Assembly (NCBI GenBank): GCA_021463465.1
Contig: JAJTYH010000003.1
Span: forward strand, 147,549-211,548
Reading direction: 5' to 3'
From: a bacterium
GTDB taxonomy: Bacteria; Patescibacteriota; Dojkabacteria; SC72
DNA length: 64,000 bases
Shown here: positions 39,913 to 48,648 of the stretch, one piece after another
Layout: the number at the start of each line of letters is the position of its first letter
Numbering within the stretch: position 1 is the stretch's first letter
The notes under the pieces: model-generated
What the model saw: the letters and a program-made list of their open reading frames with translations, nothing else
The model's database searches: none
Told to the model about the DNA's origin: nothing
Position numbers and translations under genes: made by a program

Positions 39913-39955
39913 ATCATCACTTCTCTGGTTACTCTCTCTTTAAAACCTTCCTGTA

Positions 39956-39984
39956 TTTACTACATCACTTTTTTCTGATATATT
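39956..39984 (+). promoter_or_regulatory. Probable nusA operon promoter
   Basis: TTTACT, 17-nt spacer, TATATT with TG extension at 39976-39977. Confidence 0.6.
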
Positions 39985-40007
39985 TGACATCGAAAGTTAT
40001 ATTGTGG

Positions 40008-40035
40008 AGGTGAGTATAAAAACTCACCTTTTTTT
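40008..40035 (+). terminator. Intrinsic terminator/attenuator in the nusA leader
   Basis: AGGTGAGT-ATAAAA-ACTCACCT followed by a T-run, 35 nt before the nusA ATG. Confidence 0.75.
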
Positions 40036-40070
40036 GTATATTATTCCAAATAAGTTATTAGTTTTTAGTT

Positions 40071-41234
40071 ATGGCTATAGTTACAGATTTCCTTGCTGCA
40101 ATAAATCAAATCGCTTCAGAGCGAGGCATTGATCCTCAAAAAATTTACGATGCACTTAAAGAGGCTATATTGGTTGCATATAAGAAAGAATTCATGAAAG
40201 ATGAACCTGTTCTTGCTGAGGGAGAAGTAGGACCTGAAGAGAATCTTTCAGTAGAAATTGATAAAGAAAACGGTTCATTTAGGGTTATTGCCCGTAAAAC
40301 AATTGTTAAGAAAGTTACCGACTCTATTCGTGAGATCTCCCTTAAAGAAGGGAAGCTTATTGCAAAAGATCTTAAAGAAGGAGATGTGGTTGAAATAGAA
40401 CTTCCAAGCGCAAGTGAAGACTTTGGAAGAATTGCAGCTCAAACAGCTAAACAAGTAGTTTTACAAAAAATTCGTGAATCTGAGAAAGAAGCTATTCTTA
40501 CTGAATTCAGCGGTAAGACAGGTCAGGTATTCAATGCGCTTATGCAGAGGATGCAAAGAGGTAATGCTGTCTTTGAGATTGGTAAAGCAGTTGCAATCAT
40601 GCCACCTGAAGAGCAGATTCCTAACGAATTTTACCGAGTTGGTGAGCGATATAAGGTATTGCTTAAAGACATAGTTGATTCCCCTCAAGGGAAGGAATTA
40701 GTTGTTTCAAGAGCATCAAGTGATTTTTTGGTCGAACTTTTCAAAATGGAAGTCCCTGAAATCGAATCAGGCGTAGTTGAGGTGAAAGGTGTGGCTCGAG
40801 AAGGCGGTTCACGTAGCAAGATGGCTGTAATGTCCAATCAGGATGGAATTGACCCAATCGGTTCATGCGTAGGGCAAAGAGGAATGCGTATTGCGAACGT
40901 GATGAGTGAACTAGGTGAAGAGAAGATTGATATTATTGAATGGGATGAAGAGAGAGAAAAATTTATTGCTAATGCACTTAGTCCTGCCAAGGTAGAAAAA
41001 GTTGAAATTAAGAGTGATACAGCGGTTGTCACAGTTGCTGAGGATCAGCTTTCACTTGCAATCGGTCGTGAAGGTCAGAATGTGAGATTAGCTTGGAAGC
41101 TTACCAACATCAAGATTGATATTGTGGGCCCAGATGGTAAATCAGGTAAATCAGAATCCAAAACTGAAACCGATAAGTCAGAGGTAGTAGCTGAAGAAAA
41201 AGTTGAAGTAAAAGAGGAGGTTGCCAGTGAGTAA
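40071..41234 (+). CDS. nusA: Transcription factor NusA
   Basis: FGRIAAQTAKQV, AREGGSRSK, DPIGSCVG.RG.R, LSLAIGREGQNVRLA. Confidence 0.98.
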   Translation: MAIVTDFLAAINQIASERGIDPQKIYDALKEAILVAYKKEFMKDEPVLAEGEVGPEENLSVEIDKENGSFRVIARKTIVKKVTDSIREISLKEGKLIAKDLKEGDVVEIELPSASEDFGRIAAQTAKQVVLQKIRESEKEAILTEFSGKTGQVFNALMQRMQRGNAVFEIGKAVAIMPPEEQIPNEFYRVGERYKVLLKDIVDSPQGKELVVSRASSDFLVELFKMEVPEIESGVVEVKGVAREGGSRSKMAVMSNQDGIDPIGSCVGQRGMRIANVMSELGEEKIDIIEWDEEREKFIANALSPAKVEKVEIKSDTAVVTVAEDQLSLAIGREGQNVRLAWKLTNIKIDIVGPDGKSGKSESKTETDKSEVVAEEKVEVKEEVASE

Positions 41235-41574
41235 TGCGCTTCATGTTCCAATACGAATGTGTGCGGTTACCAGGGAGAAATTACCTAAGAGAGAACTTTT
41301 GAGGTTTGTCTGGGTTAAAGAGAGTAAACAGGTAGTATTGGATCAAGGGGAAAGAGTTAGAGGAAGGGGATTGAATATGAAACCTGATTTGGAAGTTTTT
41401 GATAAAGCTATAAAAATCAAACTTTTCGAACGTAGCTTTAAGATAACTTTTTCGCCAGAAGAACTTGCAAAATTACGCTCGCAGGTAGATGATTACATCG
41501 GTGCGAAATTTAGAGAGAAGAAAGTAGTCAGAATATCGAATGAACAGTTAGTTAACCTTAAGAAATCGAAATGA
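41221..41574 (+). CDS. ylxR: YlxR/DUF448 RNA-binding protein
   Basis: PIRMCAVTRE..PKRELLRFV, GRG; located between nusA and infB. Start may be GTG 41227. Confidence 0.88.
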   Translation: MPVSNALHVPIRMCAVTREKLPKRELLRFVWVKESKQVVLDQGERVRGRGLNMKPDLEVFDKAIKIKLFERSFKITFSPEELAKLRSQVDDYIGAKFREKKVVRISNEQLVNLKKSK

Positions 41575-43091
41575 AACCTACGCGCATACCAATTGTTACA
41601 ATCTTGGGTCATGTGGATCACGGAAAGACAACTTTGTTGGATTATATTCGCGGCGCTAATGTCGTAGATTCCGAAGCTGGTGGCATAACACAACGGGTTT
41701 CAGTTTTTACCGTAGATGTCAAAGATGGTCACAAGGTTACATTTATTGATACCCCAGGCCACGAAGCCTTTGATTTGATGCGCTCCCGCGGAGGAAGTAT
41801 TGCAGATATAGTTCTCCTTATTGTGGCTGCAGATGATGGCGTTATGCCTCAGACTGAAGAATCGATTGAGATTATTAAAAACTCCAACGCCAAGCCTATT
41901 GTTGTAATAAACAAGGTAGATTTGCCAGGTATTGATATTGAAAAGATTAAAAGAGATGTGACTAACAAAGGTATTTTTGTAGAAGGTATGGGCGGGCAAG
42001 TGCCGGTGGTACAGATTTCAGCTAAGACCGGACAGAATGTTGATATGCTCCTTGAGACAATTTCGTTGGTAGCGCAGGTTGAAGGCTTAATAGAGCGACC
42101 AGATCTTCCAAATGGGTTAGTCGGGAAAGCTTTTGTACTTGAGTCAGTAAAAGATAAAAATAAAGGAAAAGTGTCTACTGTGATTATGACTCATGGCGAA
42201 CTATCACGGGGTATGTGGTTAGGATATGTATCTAAAGGTAAAACATACTCTGAGAAAGTAAAAGGTTTAATTAGCGAAAATGATGAAAACCTTGAGTTAC
42301 TAGCGGAAGGTATGGGTGGAAAGATTTTAGGACTCTCTGAGTTAATGGAGTTGGGAAGTGAAATTTTTGTGACGACAGAGAAGAAAGAGCGAAAAATAGA
42401 AGCCGTTATTGCTCAGGAAAATCTTGAAAATATTGAAGAGTCCAATGCCGTGGATCTTGCTGCGTTATTTGGACAGGCTGTAAAGGAAGAGGAAAAGACA
42501 CTTAAGGTTGTAGTCAAAGCCTCGTCAGAAGGATCTCTTGAGGCTTTGCGTAAAACTTTAAGTAAAGTTGATGAGGATGGGTATAAGGTGGAGATTGTGC
42601 AGGATGGTTTGGGGGATATTACGCAGAAGGACTTAGAGATGGCAGAAGTGACGAAATCAATCATTTTGGGTTTTGAGGTTAAAATTGAGAAGGGCGTTGC
42701 AGATCTAGCAATAAAGAAGCGAATACTGATTAAGACTTACGATTTGGTTTACAAGCTTGTTGAGGAGATTTCTGATGCGATCGTTGCCTTATCTTCACCT
42801 CAAGAGAGTGAAGAAGAGATTGGAAGCGCTACTGTGAAAGCAATTTTTACTCTTTCAAACGGTACAACTGTGATTGGCTGTCAGGTTGCATCTGGAGTAG
42901 TAAAGAAAGGCGGTAAAGCGTATATAGTCAGGGGGGATGATATCATCGGTGAAGGGAAAATAGAGTCGTTAAGGCATGAGAAGGAAACTATTAACGAGGC
43001 AAAGAAGGGAGTTGAGTGTGGGGTGATTGTATCCAACAAAATCGAGGCGATTGTAGGTGATACACTTTACTGTTACAAGGTAATCAAGTAA
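41571..43091 (+). CDS. infB: Translation initiation factor IF-2, short form without N-terminal domain
   Basis: [35 protein letters not shown]. Confidence 0.97.
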   Translation: MKPTRIPIVTILGHVDHGKTTLLDYIRGANVVDSEAGGITQRVSVFTVDVKDGHKVTFIDTPGHEAFDLMRSRGGSIADIVLLIVAADDGVMPQTEESIEIIKNSNAKPIVVINKVDLPGIDIEKIKRDVTNKGIFVEGMGGQVPVVQISAKTGQNVDMLLETISLVAQVEGLIERPDLPNGLVGKAFVLESVKDKNKGKVSTVIMTHGELSRGMWLGYVSKGKTYSEKVKGLISENDENLELLAEGMGGKILGLSELMELGSEIFVTTEKKERKIEAVIAQENLENIEESNAVDLAALFGQAVKEEEKTLKVVVKASSEGSLEALRKTLSKVDEDGYKVEIVQDGLGDITQKDLEMAEVTKSIILGFEVKIEKGVADLAIKKRILIKTYDLVYKLVEEISDAIVALSSPQESEEEIGSATVKAIFTLSNGTTVIGCQVASGVVKKGGKAYIVRGDDIIGEGKIESLRHEKETINEAKKGVECGVIVSNKIEAIVGDTLYCYKVIK

Positions 43092-43121
43092 GATATACCT
43101 AAATACTTTTTCTACAGGTTT

Positions 43122-44285
43122 ATGTCGGAGGTTAATAACCTTTTTCAATTAGTTAAACCTGCCCAAAATCTTCTGCTAGTTTTAGGCGACTTGACATTTA
43201 CCCGAGATATTGATGCTCTTAGTGCTTTGCTAGCTTATCTCAAATCCGAAAATAAAAGTTTCGAACTACTTACTTTTTCCGAATTTTCTCATGAGATTGA
43301 TGATAAACTTAAGTCTCGGAATATTGTTATTAAAAATGAGATTAAGCCAACTGAATACACTGTCACAATTGATTACGGCAGTTCAGGAGTAGAAAAGGTG
43401 GTTTATGATACTGACAAGGAGGCTGGGAAATTAGTTTTTAAAATCTTACCTTCAAAGTCAGGATTTAGTTTTGACAAAATAGAATTCACGGAAGGAGGGG
43501 GCAAGTTTGACGCTACTATCTTGATTGGTATAACTAATCCTAAAACTCTTCAACCTTTTTATGATGAGAATGAGTACCTTTTCAAGGAAAACCCTTTTTT
43601 TTCTATTGCTACATACGAAGATATTTTCAGCTTGTTCATGGATTCTGAAATCGAGTGGCAGCCTCAAGCCTTAGATACTTTACTGCAAAACTATCTCAAT
43701 GGTGTCAACTTAATTGAGGGTCAACCCGATTCTCAAGCAATTAAGAATGTTATGACGCTTGTTGATAGAGGCGGGAGTATATCTGATGCTCTCAAAGCCA
43801 AGTACTACTCACATAGTCCTGAATATATCGATTTGGTTAGACAGATATTTGCAAATGTAAGAATCAGTGGCTATGTAATTTACTCCGTTCTGGAAAAAGA
43901 AAATCTTATTGGTTTGGATTTAGATGAAATATCAGGTTACGGTAGGATTCCTTTCAATCTTGCAAGTAGTTATAAATTAGCCTTTCTGTTTTACGAATTA
44001 CAGGATGGTATTAGGGTTATTGTTGAATCCAATGACCCAAAAAGTTACAGTGCATCAACAATTGCAGGGGTATTTAGTGGTAGTGGTGATGCAGGACATA
44101 GCGTGTGTGATCTTAATGATGTGAAATTGGAAGAGCTTAATAAGCGATTTTGGCCGATACTAAAGGACTTGTATAGCATTGAAGTAGACGTAGTGGCCGA
44201 TAGTAAGAATGTGGATAACTCGGCTAGGGTGTTGACAAAAGCCCGTAGAAATAGTAAAAATAAAGGCTTGAAAGATAGTAAGTAA
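43122..44285 (+). CDS. Degenerate DHH/NrnA-family-like protein
   Basis: Position after infB and residual similarity (D.DALSAL, IAGVFSGSG); no DHH motif visible. Confidence 0.55.
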   Translation: MSEVNNLFQLVKPAQNLLLVLGDLTFTRDIDALSALLAYLKSENKSFELLTFSEFSHEIDDKLKSRNIVIKNEIKPTEYTVTIDYGSSGVEKVVYDTDKEAGKLVFKILPSKSGFSFDKIEFTEGGGKFDATILIGITNPKTLQPFYDENEYLFKENPFFSIATYEDIFSLFMDSEIEWQPQALDTLLQNYLNGVNLIEGQPDSQAIKNVMTLVDRGGSISDALKAKYYSHSPEYIDLVRQIFANVRISGYVIYSVLEKENLIGLDLDEISGYGRIPFNLASSYKLAFLFYELQDGIRVIVESNDPKSYSASTIAGVFSGSGDAGHSVCDLNDVKLEELNKRFWPILKDLYSIEVDVVADSKNVDNSARVLTKARRNSKNKGLKDSK

Positions 44286-44351
44286 CTACTATAGTCTAGT
44301 GTGATTTCCTATTGTAAAAGCAAATAATTGTATGCTACTCTGATTGTATAT

Positions 44352-44615
44352 ATGTCATTAACTAAAGATAGAAAAGCCGAAATTATCAAAAAGTATGCCG
44401 CCAAAGAAGGCGATACTGGTTCTCCTGCCGTTCAGATTGCTTTGTTAACTGAGCAGATTAATGCTTTGACTGAGCACTTAAAAGGGCACAAGAAAGATAA
44501 TCACTCAAGACGAGGTCTGCTCCAAATGGTAGGACGAAGACGCCGACTTGTTGAATATTTGAAGAATTCTGATGAAACGTCCTACAAGAAGATAGTTAAG
44601 GATTTAGGGCTTTAA
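44352..44615 (+). CDS. rpsO: 30S ribosomal protein S15
   Basis: [33 protein letters not shown]. Start ATG 44352. Confidence 0.98.
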   Translation: MSLTKDRKAEIIKKYAAKEGDTGSPAVQIALLTEQINALTEHLKGHKKDNHSRRGLLQMVGRRRRLVEYLKNSDETSYKKIVKDLGL

Positions 44616-44709
44616 ATCTTAAAACCTTTACATCTCCTCAATATACTTTCACAAAACAAAATGCTATGCTCTGTGCTGGGCATTTGATTTAATTTTTTAT
44701 GTTTAATTT

Positions 44710-46833
44710 ATGTTGTTTAACGAAAAAGTACACGAGTTTGAGATCGAAGGAAGAAAAGTTTCTTTCTCAAGTGGCAAATATGCCAGAAGATCTTCCGGCT
44801 CAGTGTTTGCACGTATGGGTGAGACTGCTGTTTTAGTCAATGTTGACTCCCAAGCACCTAAAGGCGAAGGTGATTTCTTTCCAATGACAGTAGAGTATGT
44901 AGAAAAACTCTTTGCTGCAGGTAAGATATCTTCTTCTAAATTTGTAAAACGGGAGAGATTTCCAACCGATGCCGCAATATTACGAGCTAGAATGATCGAT
45001 CGTTCATTCAGATCGCGATTTCCAGCTGATTATCGAAATGAAGTAACCATAACAATTACAGTTCTCTCTTACGATTCACAGAACGACCCATTGATTCTGG
45101 CTATTAACGCAGCTTCTGCGGCTATTATGCTTTCAAAGGTTCCTTTTGATGGACCTATTGCTGGTGTCCGAATCGGACTTAAAGATGGCAATCCAGTAGC
45201 TAAGTATGAAGTCATTGATGAGACTTCGGAAGAAGATCAGATGAACTATGTCGCTTCTGGTGACGGAAAACTTTTCACTATGGTCGATGCTGGTTGTCAT
45301 GAAGTACCTGAAAATCAGGTAGTTGAAGGTATGAAATACGGATTGGAACTCATGAATCCATGGATGGAGGCTCAACAGAAGTTTATTGATATGTTCGAAG
45401 TTCAAAAAGAAGAATATACATCTCATGCTGTTCCAGAAGAACTTTTGGCTCAGATGAAAACTTTCTTGGGTGATGAGGTGAAGCGCAATGCAACTTCTGA
45501 TAAACCAGAGCTGACAACCGAGTCGTTGGAAAAGGTTTACAAAGAGTACGAGGGAAAGTACAGCAAAGTCACAATTAGTGAAGCCTATTACAAGCTTCTT
45601 AAGAAAGAAGTACGCGCTATGATTTTGGATCGAAAAGAGCGAATTGATGGCCGCAAAGTAGATGAGATCAGAGAATTGGATATGGAAGTTGGTGTATTGC
45701 CGAGGGTACACGGTAGTTCTTTATTTACTCGTGGTATGACTCAGTCGTTAACAGTTGCAACTTTGGGCAATACTCGTGATCAACGATTGGTTGAAGATAT
45801 TGCTGGAGAGGAACTTAAATCCTATATGCATTTTTACGATGCAATGCCTTTCTCTTTAGGTGAGGCTGGGAGAATTAAGTGGATTCCAGGTCGAAGAGAG
45901 ACCGGCCATAGCGCTTTAGCTGAAAAAGCTTTAGCACCAGTAGTTCCATCTTTAGATGAGTTTCCTTACACAGTGTTGTTGGTAAGCGAAGTCTTATCTC
46001 AGAACGGTTCAAGCTCAATGGCTGCAACTTGTGCATCAACGCTTGCTCTTATGGATGCAGGTGTGCCTATCAAGCGACCCGTTGCAGGAATTGCGATGGG
46101 AGTTATTACGGACGATGAAGGCGAGAAGTTCCAAATCCTAACAGATATAAGAGATGTAGAAGATTTCTATGGAGACATGGACTTCAAGGTTACAGGAACT
46201 ACTAAAGGTATTACTGCTGTACAGATGGATAACAAGGCTGCGGGTCTTCCTATTGAAGTGTTTGAACAAGCAATTGCTCAGGCTAGACAAGCTCGAGAAT
46301 TTATCTTGGAAAAAATTGAGAAGGTAATTGCATCTCCACGAGCTGAAGTTTCTAAATATGCACCTAAAGTATTAGTAGTTAAGATTCCAGTTGAAAAGAT
46401 AGGGGAATTGATTGGTCCGGGTGGAAAGAATATAAAAGAACTCAGTGAGGGTACCGGTTGCCAGATTAATGTTGAAGATGATGGTACTGTTCAGATCTTT
46501 GGAGACGATATGGAGTCGATTGAGAAAGCTAATAAGTATGTTTCAGGCTTAGCATTTGTTCCTGAAGTAGGCGGTGTTTACAAAGGAGTTGTTGATGGAG
46601 TGATGGAATATGGTGCATTCGTTGAGATTGCTCCTAACGTGTCAGGTCTAGTTCATGTCTCTGAAATGTCTAACGAATTTGTTAAAGATGTTCGTGATTT
46701 TGTGACTGAAGGACAAGAAGTTGAAGTTAAGATCTTGGATATTGGTAGAGATGGTAAGATCAAGATGAGTATGAAAGCTGTAAAAGGCGAAGCTACTGAT
46801 AGTGGAGAAGATAGACCTCGAAGGAGAGATTAA
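44710..46833 (+). CDS. pnp: Polyribonucleotide nucleotidyltransferase
   Basis: RIDGR, HGSSLFTRG.TQ, NGSSSMA, GDMDFKVTGT, KH and S1 domains. Confidence 0.98.
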   Translation: MLFNEKVHEFEIEGRKVSFSSGKYARRSSGSVFARMGETAVLVNVDSQAPKGEGDFFPMTVEYVEKLFAAGKISSSKFVKRERFPTDAAILRARMIDRSFRSRFPADYRNEVTITITVLSYDSQNDPLILAINAASAAIMLSKVPFDGPIAGVRIGLKDGNPVAKYEVIDETSEEDQMNYVASGDGKLFTMVDAGCHEVPENQVVEGMKYGLELMNPWMEAQQKFIDMFEVQKEEYTSHAVPEELLAQMKTFLGDEVKRNATSDKPELTTESLEKVYKEYEGKYSKVTISEAYYKLLKKEVRAMILDRKERIDGRKVDEIRELDMEVGVLPRVHGSSLFTRGMTQSLTVATLGNTRDQRLVEDIAGEELKSYMHFYDAMPFSLGEAGRIKWIPGRRETGHSALAEKALAPVVPSLDEFPYTVLLVSEVLSQNGSSSMAATCASTLALMDAGVPIKRPVAGIAMGVITDDEGEKFQILTDIRDVEDFYGDMDFKVTGTTKGITAVQMDNKAAGLPIEVFEQAIAQARQAREFILEKIEKVIASPRAEVSKYAPKVLVVKIPVEKIGELIGPGGKNIKELSEGTGCQINVEDDGTVQIFGDDMESIEKANKYVSGLAFVPEVGGVYKGVVDGVMEYGAFVEIAPNVSGLVHVSEMSNEFVKDVRDFVTEGQEVEVKILDIGRDGKIKMSMKAVKGEATDSGEDRPRRRD

Positions 46834-47834
46834 GCTTTTTGGATGATGGCGATATAGAAAGCCATCATCCTGCTACTTGGTAAAATGCGATACGTGTCGG
46901 ACATAGACTTGTGATATGTCCGACTATTCCATTTCAATAGTCCTCTTTTAACATTGTTCTTGTAGTTGGCGAACTCAGTTGAGTTAAATAGTGGTACAGG
47001 TACGACTTTAGCCCGTGAGTACTTGTCTAAGAGATAACTCACAATCCCTTCGTTTTCATCTGGTTCAAGGGTGCAGGTAGAGTAGACCATAGTGCCACCT
47101 CTTTTAAGCGCGTTGAAACCTGATTCGATTAAATTTTGTTGGACTTTGGTTAAAGCCTTAACTTTTTTCACGTTCCAAAAGCGTAGAGCCATTGGTGCTG
47201 AAAGATAAATCATACCCTCTCCTGAACAAGGAGCATCTAAGAGCACTTTGTCGAAACTTTCCCGTTCTAACCTACCAAATAAGTTGGCATCTTCATTAGT
47301 AACTTCAGCATTTTGTACATTAAAAAGATTTAACACATCCCTCAATTTTTTTACTCTCCATGGGTCAACATCATTGGCTATCAGCACTCCTTGATTACTC
47401 ATGTAATCAGAAAGTTGCGTAGTTTTGCTCCCAGGTGCAGCACACATATCCAGTACTCTGTCAGATGGATTTGGATTAAGGAGTAGTGGAGGAACCATGC
47501 TAGAGAGATTTTGAATGTAGAAGAGACCTTCGAAATATTCCGGCAGTTTACCTACATCTGACTTATCTAAATTCACAACGATATAGGTATGGTCAATCCA
47601 CGGCACTTTCTCTAGTTGTAGGCCTAACTTCACAAGTTTGGCCTTAGTCACTTCTGGTGATTGTATAAGAGAGTTCAGTCTTATGACTGTAACAGTTCTT
47701 TCGTTAAAGAGATTATGTGCTACACCGTTTGGTACTTTTAGAATACTTGCCATCCGAGTTAGGAAGATGTCAGTCTTTGTGTAGTACTTCTTCTTATCCT
47801 TGTATCGTTGTTTGTAGCTCTTTTTTCGTCTCAA
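46830..47834 (-). CDS. RsmB/RsmF (NOL1/NOP2) RNA m5C methyltransferase
   Basis: YIQNLSSM, VLDMCAAPGSKT, LLDAPCSGEG, VYSTCT..PDENE. Confidence 0.95.
   Translation of the reverse strand: MRRKKSYKQRYKDKKKYYTKTDIFLTRMASILKVPNGVAHNLFNERTVTVIRLNSLIQSPEVTKAKLVKLGLQLEKVPWIDHTYIVVNLDKSDVGKLPEYFEGLFYIQNLSSMVPPLLLNPNPSDRVLDMCAAPGSKTTQLSDYMSNQGVLIANDVDPWRVKKLRDVLNLFNVQNAEVTNEDANLFGRLERESFDKVLLDAPCSGEGMIYLSAPMALRFWNVKKVKALTKVQQNLIESGFNALKRGGTMVYSTCTLEPDENEGIVSYLLDKYSRAKVVPVPLFNSTEFANYKNNVKRGLLKWNSRTYHKSMSDTYRILPSSRMMAFYIAIIQKA
46841..46870 (+). terminator. Stem-loop just after the pnp stop, inside the convergent CDS
   Basis: GGATGATGGC-GATATAGAAA-GCCATCATCC is a perfect 10-bp stem with a weak U-tract. 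Confidence 0.55.
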
Positions 47835-48556
47835 AGTTGGTTATGCAGAAACTTAATAATTGATGTAGCAACAAGCGGTGTTGTTTCTGTTCTTAGTATA
47901 TTGCCAGATAATCTAACAAATTGAAAATCCATTTGTTTGAAAAGATTAAGTTCGTCAAAACTCCATCCGGACTCAGGGCCGAAAGCCATCTCGATTGATG
48001 AGTATTGTGCAATGGGAAGGGTTTTTAGATTTACAGTCGCAATATTTTCAGTAGCGAAGCAAAGCTTTAATGTCTTTTCTGAGGTAGTAGTTTTTAGGTC
48101 TTTGATTGTAATCAGTTGATTGATTACAGGTGGATTTGGGTTTCGAGACTGTTCGGTGGCATCTTTTACAATTTTACTCCATAGCTTGGACTCTTTCGTC
48201 GCTTGGTTGGGTTTAATTATTGAGTATTCGCATTGTAATGGAATTATTTCATTTACACCTATCTCTGTAATTTTTTCTAAAAATACTCCAAATTTGGAAA
48301 TGTGGCTGACTCCTTGGATTATGGTTATTTGTAAATCTAACTCTTTGACTGTGTCATTAATTTGTTTGAGTATTTCTACTTCAACTGAGTTTTTCTCTAA
48401 AAAGGTTACTTGAGCATGAAAAGTTCCGCTAGGGGACGTTACTCGAAGCAAATCCTCTTCTTTGATTCCCAACTCAATGGCAAAACGGCTGTCATTGTCT
48501 GCTAAGTGGGTGATGTCGCCTATGCTGAGCTTGTGTGGGATATAGTAATTTTGCAT
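47831..48556 (-). CDS. rsmE: 16S rRNA m3U1498 methyltransferase
   Basis: EKITEIGV..IIP, ATEQS, FGPESGW, LSGNILRTET. Confidence 0.9.
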   Translation of the reverse strand: MQNYYIPHKLSIGDITHLADNDSRFAIELGIKEEDLLRVTSPSGTFHAQVTFLEKNSVEVEILKQINDTVKELDLQITIIQGVSHISKFGVFLEKITEIGVNEIIPLQCEYSIIKPNQATKESKLWSKIVKDATEQSRNPNPPVINQLITIKDLKTTTSEKTLKLCFATENIATVNLKTLPIAQYSSIEMAFGPESGWSFDELNLFKQMDFQFVRLSGNILRTETTPLVATSIIKFLHNQL

Positions 48557-48648
48557 TGTCTGATTATATCATCAATATGAATGAAAATTGACAATTATTA
48601 TGCTAAATGGTTGTATATATACAGGCAATAATTTTGCTTTGACTGCCG

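Larger units (their letters stand above)
39494..39941 (+). repeat. Inverted repeat pair enclosing the lipoprotein gene
   Basis: AAAGAGAGAGTAATTAGA (39494-39511) is complementary to TCTGGTTACTCTCTCTTT (39924-39941): 16 Watson-Crick plus 2 G-U pairs. Confidence 0.8.

Noticed and set aside
44210-44218. Perfect DnaA box (TGTGGATAA)
   Set aside because: Single copy inside a CDS, with no cluster and no dnaA nearby; compatible with chance.
44596-44700. Weak hairpins between rpsO and pnp as an RNase III autoregulatory site
   Set aside because: The stems are short, AT-rich and imperfect; not supportable without folding and conservation data.
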